From the NCBI GenBank assembly GCA_963818475.1, contig CAWFSF010000006.1, positions 576,001 through 640,000 of the forward strand: DNA of 64,000 nucleotides, in the 5' to 3' direction. A program made the translations under genes and the position numbers. The notes below the pieces were generated by a model. The model was not told where the DNA came from and did not search any database. It saw only the letters and a list, made by a program, of their open reading frames with translations. Position 1 is the first letter of the stretch. Every line of letters begins with the position of its first letter. Shown in pieces: positions 62,176 through 64,000 of the stretch. Source of the stretch: Nitrospirota bacterium. GTDB taxonomy: Bacteria; Nitrospirota; UBA9217.

Positions 62176-62696
62176 GCATTCTCGACACCATTAAAAACAG
62201 ACGAAGCGTTCGGGATTTTACGAATGAGGAAATATCCGGGAGCGCAATTGAGGCCCTGGTCGACGCCCTGCGGTGGGCGCCGAGCGCCGGTAATCTTCAA
62301 AGCAGGAAATTCTATTTTCTCTTTAATGAAGACGTCAGAAATAAACTGGCACAAACCGGCCTAAAACAGGACTTCGTCAGCTTCATCGCGCATGCGCCCC
62401 TTGTGGTGGTCGCCTGCGCGGACCGCCAAATCGCCTCGCGTTACGGCGAGAGGGGCATTCACCTCTACTGCATTCAGGATACGGCCGCAAGCATTCAGAA
62501 CCTGCTCCTTGCTGCGCACGAGCTCGGGATCGGCGCCTGCTGGGTAGGAGCGTTTAAAGAGGAAAAGGTGAGGGAAATTCTGAATCTGCCCGACAACCTG
62601 ATCCCTGTTGCCATCGTTCCCGTCGGATATCCGGCGCGCATTCCGAAAGCCCCTGATCGTGTATCCAGGCAGGGTGCCGTGGAAATGATCACATGA
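62172..62696 (+). CDS. Nitroreductase family protein
   Basis: RRSVRDF, APSAGNLQ, QNLLLAAHELGIGACWVGAF, VGYPA. Confidence 0.93.
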   Translation: MSILDTIKNRRSVRDFTNEEISGSAIEALVDALRWAPSAGNLQSRKFYFLFNEDVRNKLAQTGLKQDFVSFIAHAPLVVVACADRQIASRYGERGIHLYCIQDTAASIQNLLLAAHELGIGACWVGAFKEEKVREILNLPDNLIPVAIVPVGYPARIPKAPDRVSRQGAVEMIT

Positions 62697-62822
62697 TGTT
62701 GAGGAATCGGGTGGTGTAACCGCTTTATTCCTGAAGTCTTTGACGTTTCCATCCTTACTAATACATGAAGTTGCAAGCCGTATTCTTCAGCAACATACCC
62801 TTCGAATCCCACATGGGAATCT

Positions 62823-64000
62823 TGTACTCCCAAAATGATAATGTCCTATTCTCCCAAAGTAGAAATGTCCTATTCTAAGTTACAATACCCTGATGTAATT
62901 GGAGGGTACTGTGACAGAAATGGACATGATCACTATGAGCAGGAGAGAAACAAAAAGACTGCACATTATCCACCAAGCATTGGATAAAAGGATCACGCAG
63001 AAGACAGCTGCTGAACTTGTAGGCTTGAGCAGCAGGCAGATTCGACGGATACTCAAACGAGTACGGAAGGAGGGAGACGACGGCATCAGTCACCGATCCC
63101 GCGGCAAAACCTCGAATCGTCGATTCCCTCAGAAGGCAAAAGACAAGGCACTCAAGCTGTATCGGGAGAAATACAGTGATTTTGGCCCCACCTTTGCCTG
63201 CGAGAAGCTTCTTGATGTTCATGAAATCAAGCTAAGCGACGAAACCCTCCGTCTATGGCTTAATCAGGAAAGCATCCCTTACGAGAAGCGCAAGGGTAGA
63301 AAGCACCGGCAATGGCGCGAGAGGAAGCATCATTTTGGTGAAATGCTCCAGATGGATGGCTCCCATCATGCCTGGTTCGAAGGCCGGGGTCCTGAGAGCG
63401 TATTAATGGGATATATCGATGATGCCACAGGAACGGTGTATGGGCGCTTTTATGATTATGAGGGGACCATGCCAGCCATGGATAGCTTCAAGCGGTATAT
63501 CAAGCGCTACGGCATTCCACAGAGTGTCTATTTGGACAAGCACTCAACGTATAAATCCAATGCCAAGCAGAGCATCGAGGATGAGTTGGAAGATAGAAAA
63601 CCCATGAGCCAGTTCGAAAGGAGTCTAACCGAACTGGGGTAACGGTCATCCATGCGAATTCACCCCAGGCAAAAGGCAGGATAGAAAGAAGTTTTCGAAC
63701 GCTCCAGGATCGATTGGTTAAAGAGATGAGGCTTGCCAGGGTAAACAGTGTTGTGCAGGCAAACGAATTCCTGATAAAGTATCATCCAATATACAATGCG
63801 AAATTCAAGGTAAAACCCGTTTCTGCAGCCGATGTACACCAACGCGCGCTATCCATAAGGGAACTCGACAAGATCTTCTGCATTCGAGAGGAGCGTACGC
63901 TACGGAACGATTTCACCATAGCTTATAATGGCAAACTGTACCAGATCAAAGACGCTATAAAGACTCAAAAGGTCGCAGTGGAAGAACGACTCGATGGATC
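62823..64000 (+). mobile_element. IS1202-group (formerly ISNCY) insertion sequence, left part
   Basis: Starts TGT and has two subterminal 24 bp repeats (CTCCCAAA...AATGTCCTATT at 62827-62850 and 62851-62874), followed by a DDE transposase. It runs off the window. Confidence 0.8.
62920..64000 (+). CDS. DDE transposase (partial; one G missing at 63636-63639)
   Basis: HTH N-terminus, DFGPTFACEKL, QMDGSHH, IDDAT, YLDKHS. After the shift it reads VIHANSPQAKGRIERSFRTLQDRL. Confidence 0.9.

Noticed and set aside
62700-62822. dif/Xer site at the IS target, and the minus-strand ORF 62495-62833
   Set aside because: No XerC/XerD arm match; the ORF overlaps the nitroreductase and the IS end and has no recognisable motif.

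Overview
A 64 kb chromosomal window from a moderately GC-rich, probably anaerobic diderm bacterium; gene content suggests Nitrospirota or Desulfobacterota (inference). In order: the end of rplT; an AMIN/Amidase_3 amidase; prfB with its programmed +1 frameshift; then a ~26 kb accessory locus. That locus holds a ~3,470 aa Ig/ZU5-like/LVIVD protein (split by one extra A) ending in a low-GC alpha/beta-hydrolase domain, an abutting low-GC exported protein that is a candidate immunity factor, and a ~4,870 aa surface protein ending in near-identical 1,032 bp Gly-rich repeats. Next come a cobamide cluster (tandem B12 riboswitches, bzaF, two btuF, btuCD, DUF71, a third riboswitch, btuB, tonB, cobQ, cbiB), metK, an SAH riboswitch with ahcY, a group 1 [NiFe]-hydrogenase with unusual Fe-S ligands and its hyp genes (including an in-frame HypC-HypA fusion), a toxin-antitoxin patch with an attC-like site, a nitroreductase and the left end of an IS1202-type element. 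The best candidate for an undescribed system is the giant-protein toxin/immunity/adhesin locus. A second notable signal is a family of heptamer and palindromic repeats inserted in frame into conserved proteins. About a dozen small frameshifts, almost all insertions, look like sequencing errors. All family assignments come from motif recognition by eye; no database searches were run.
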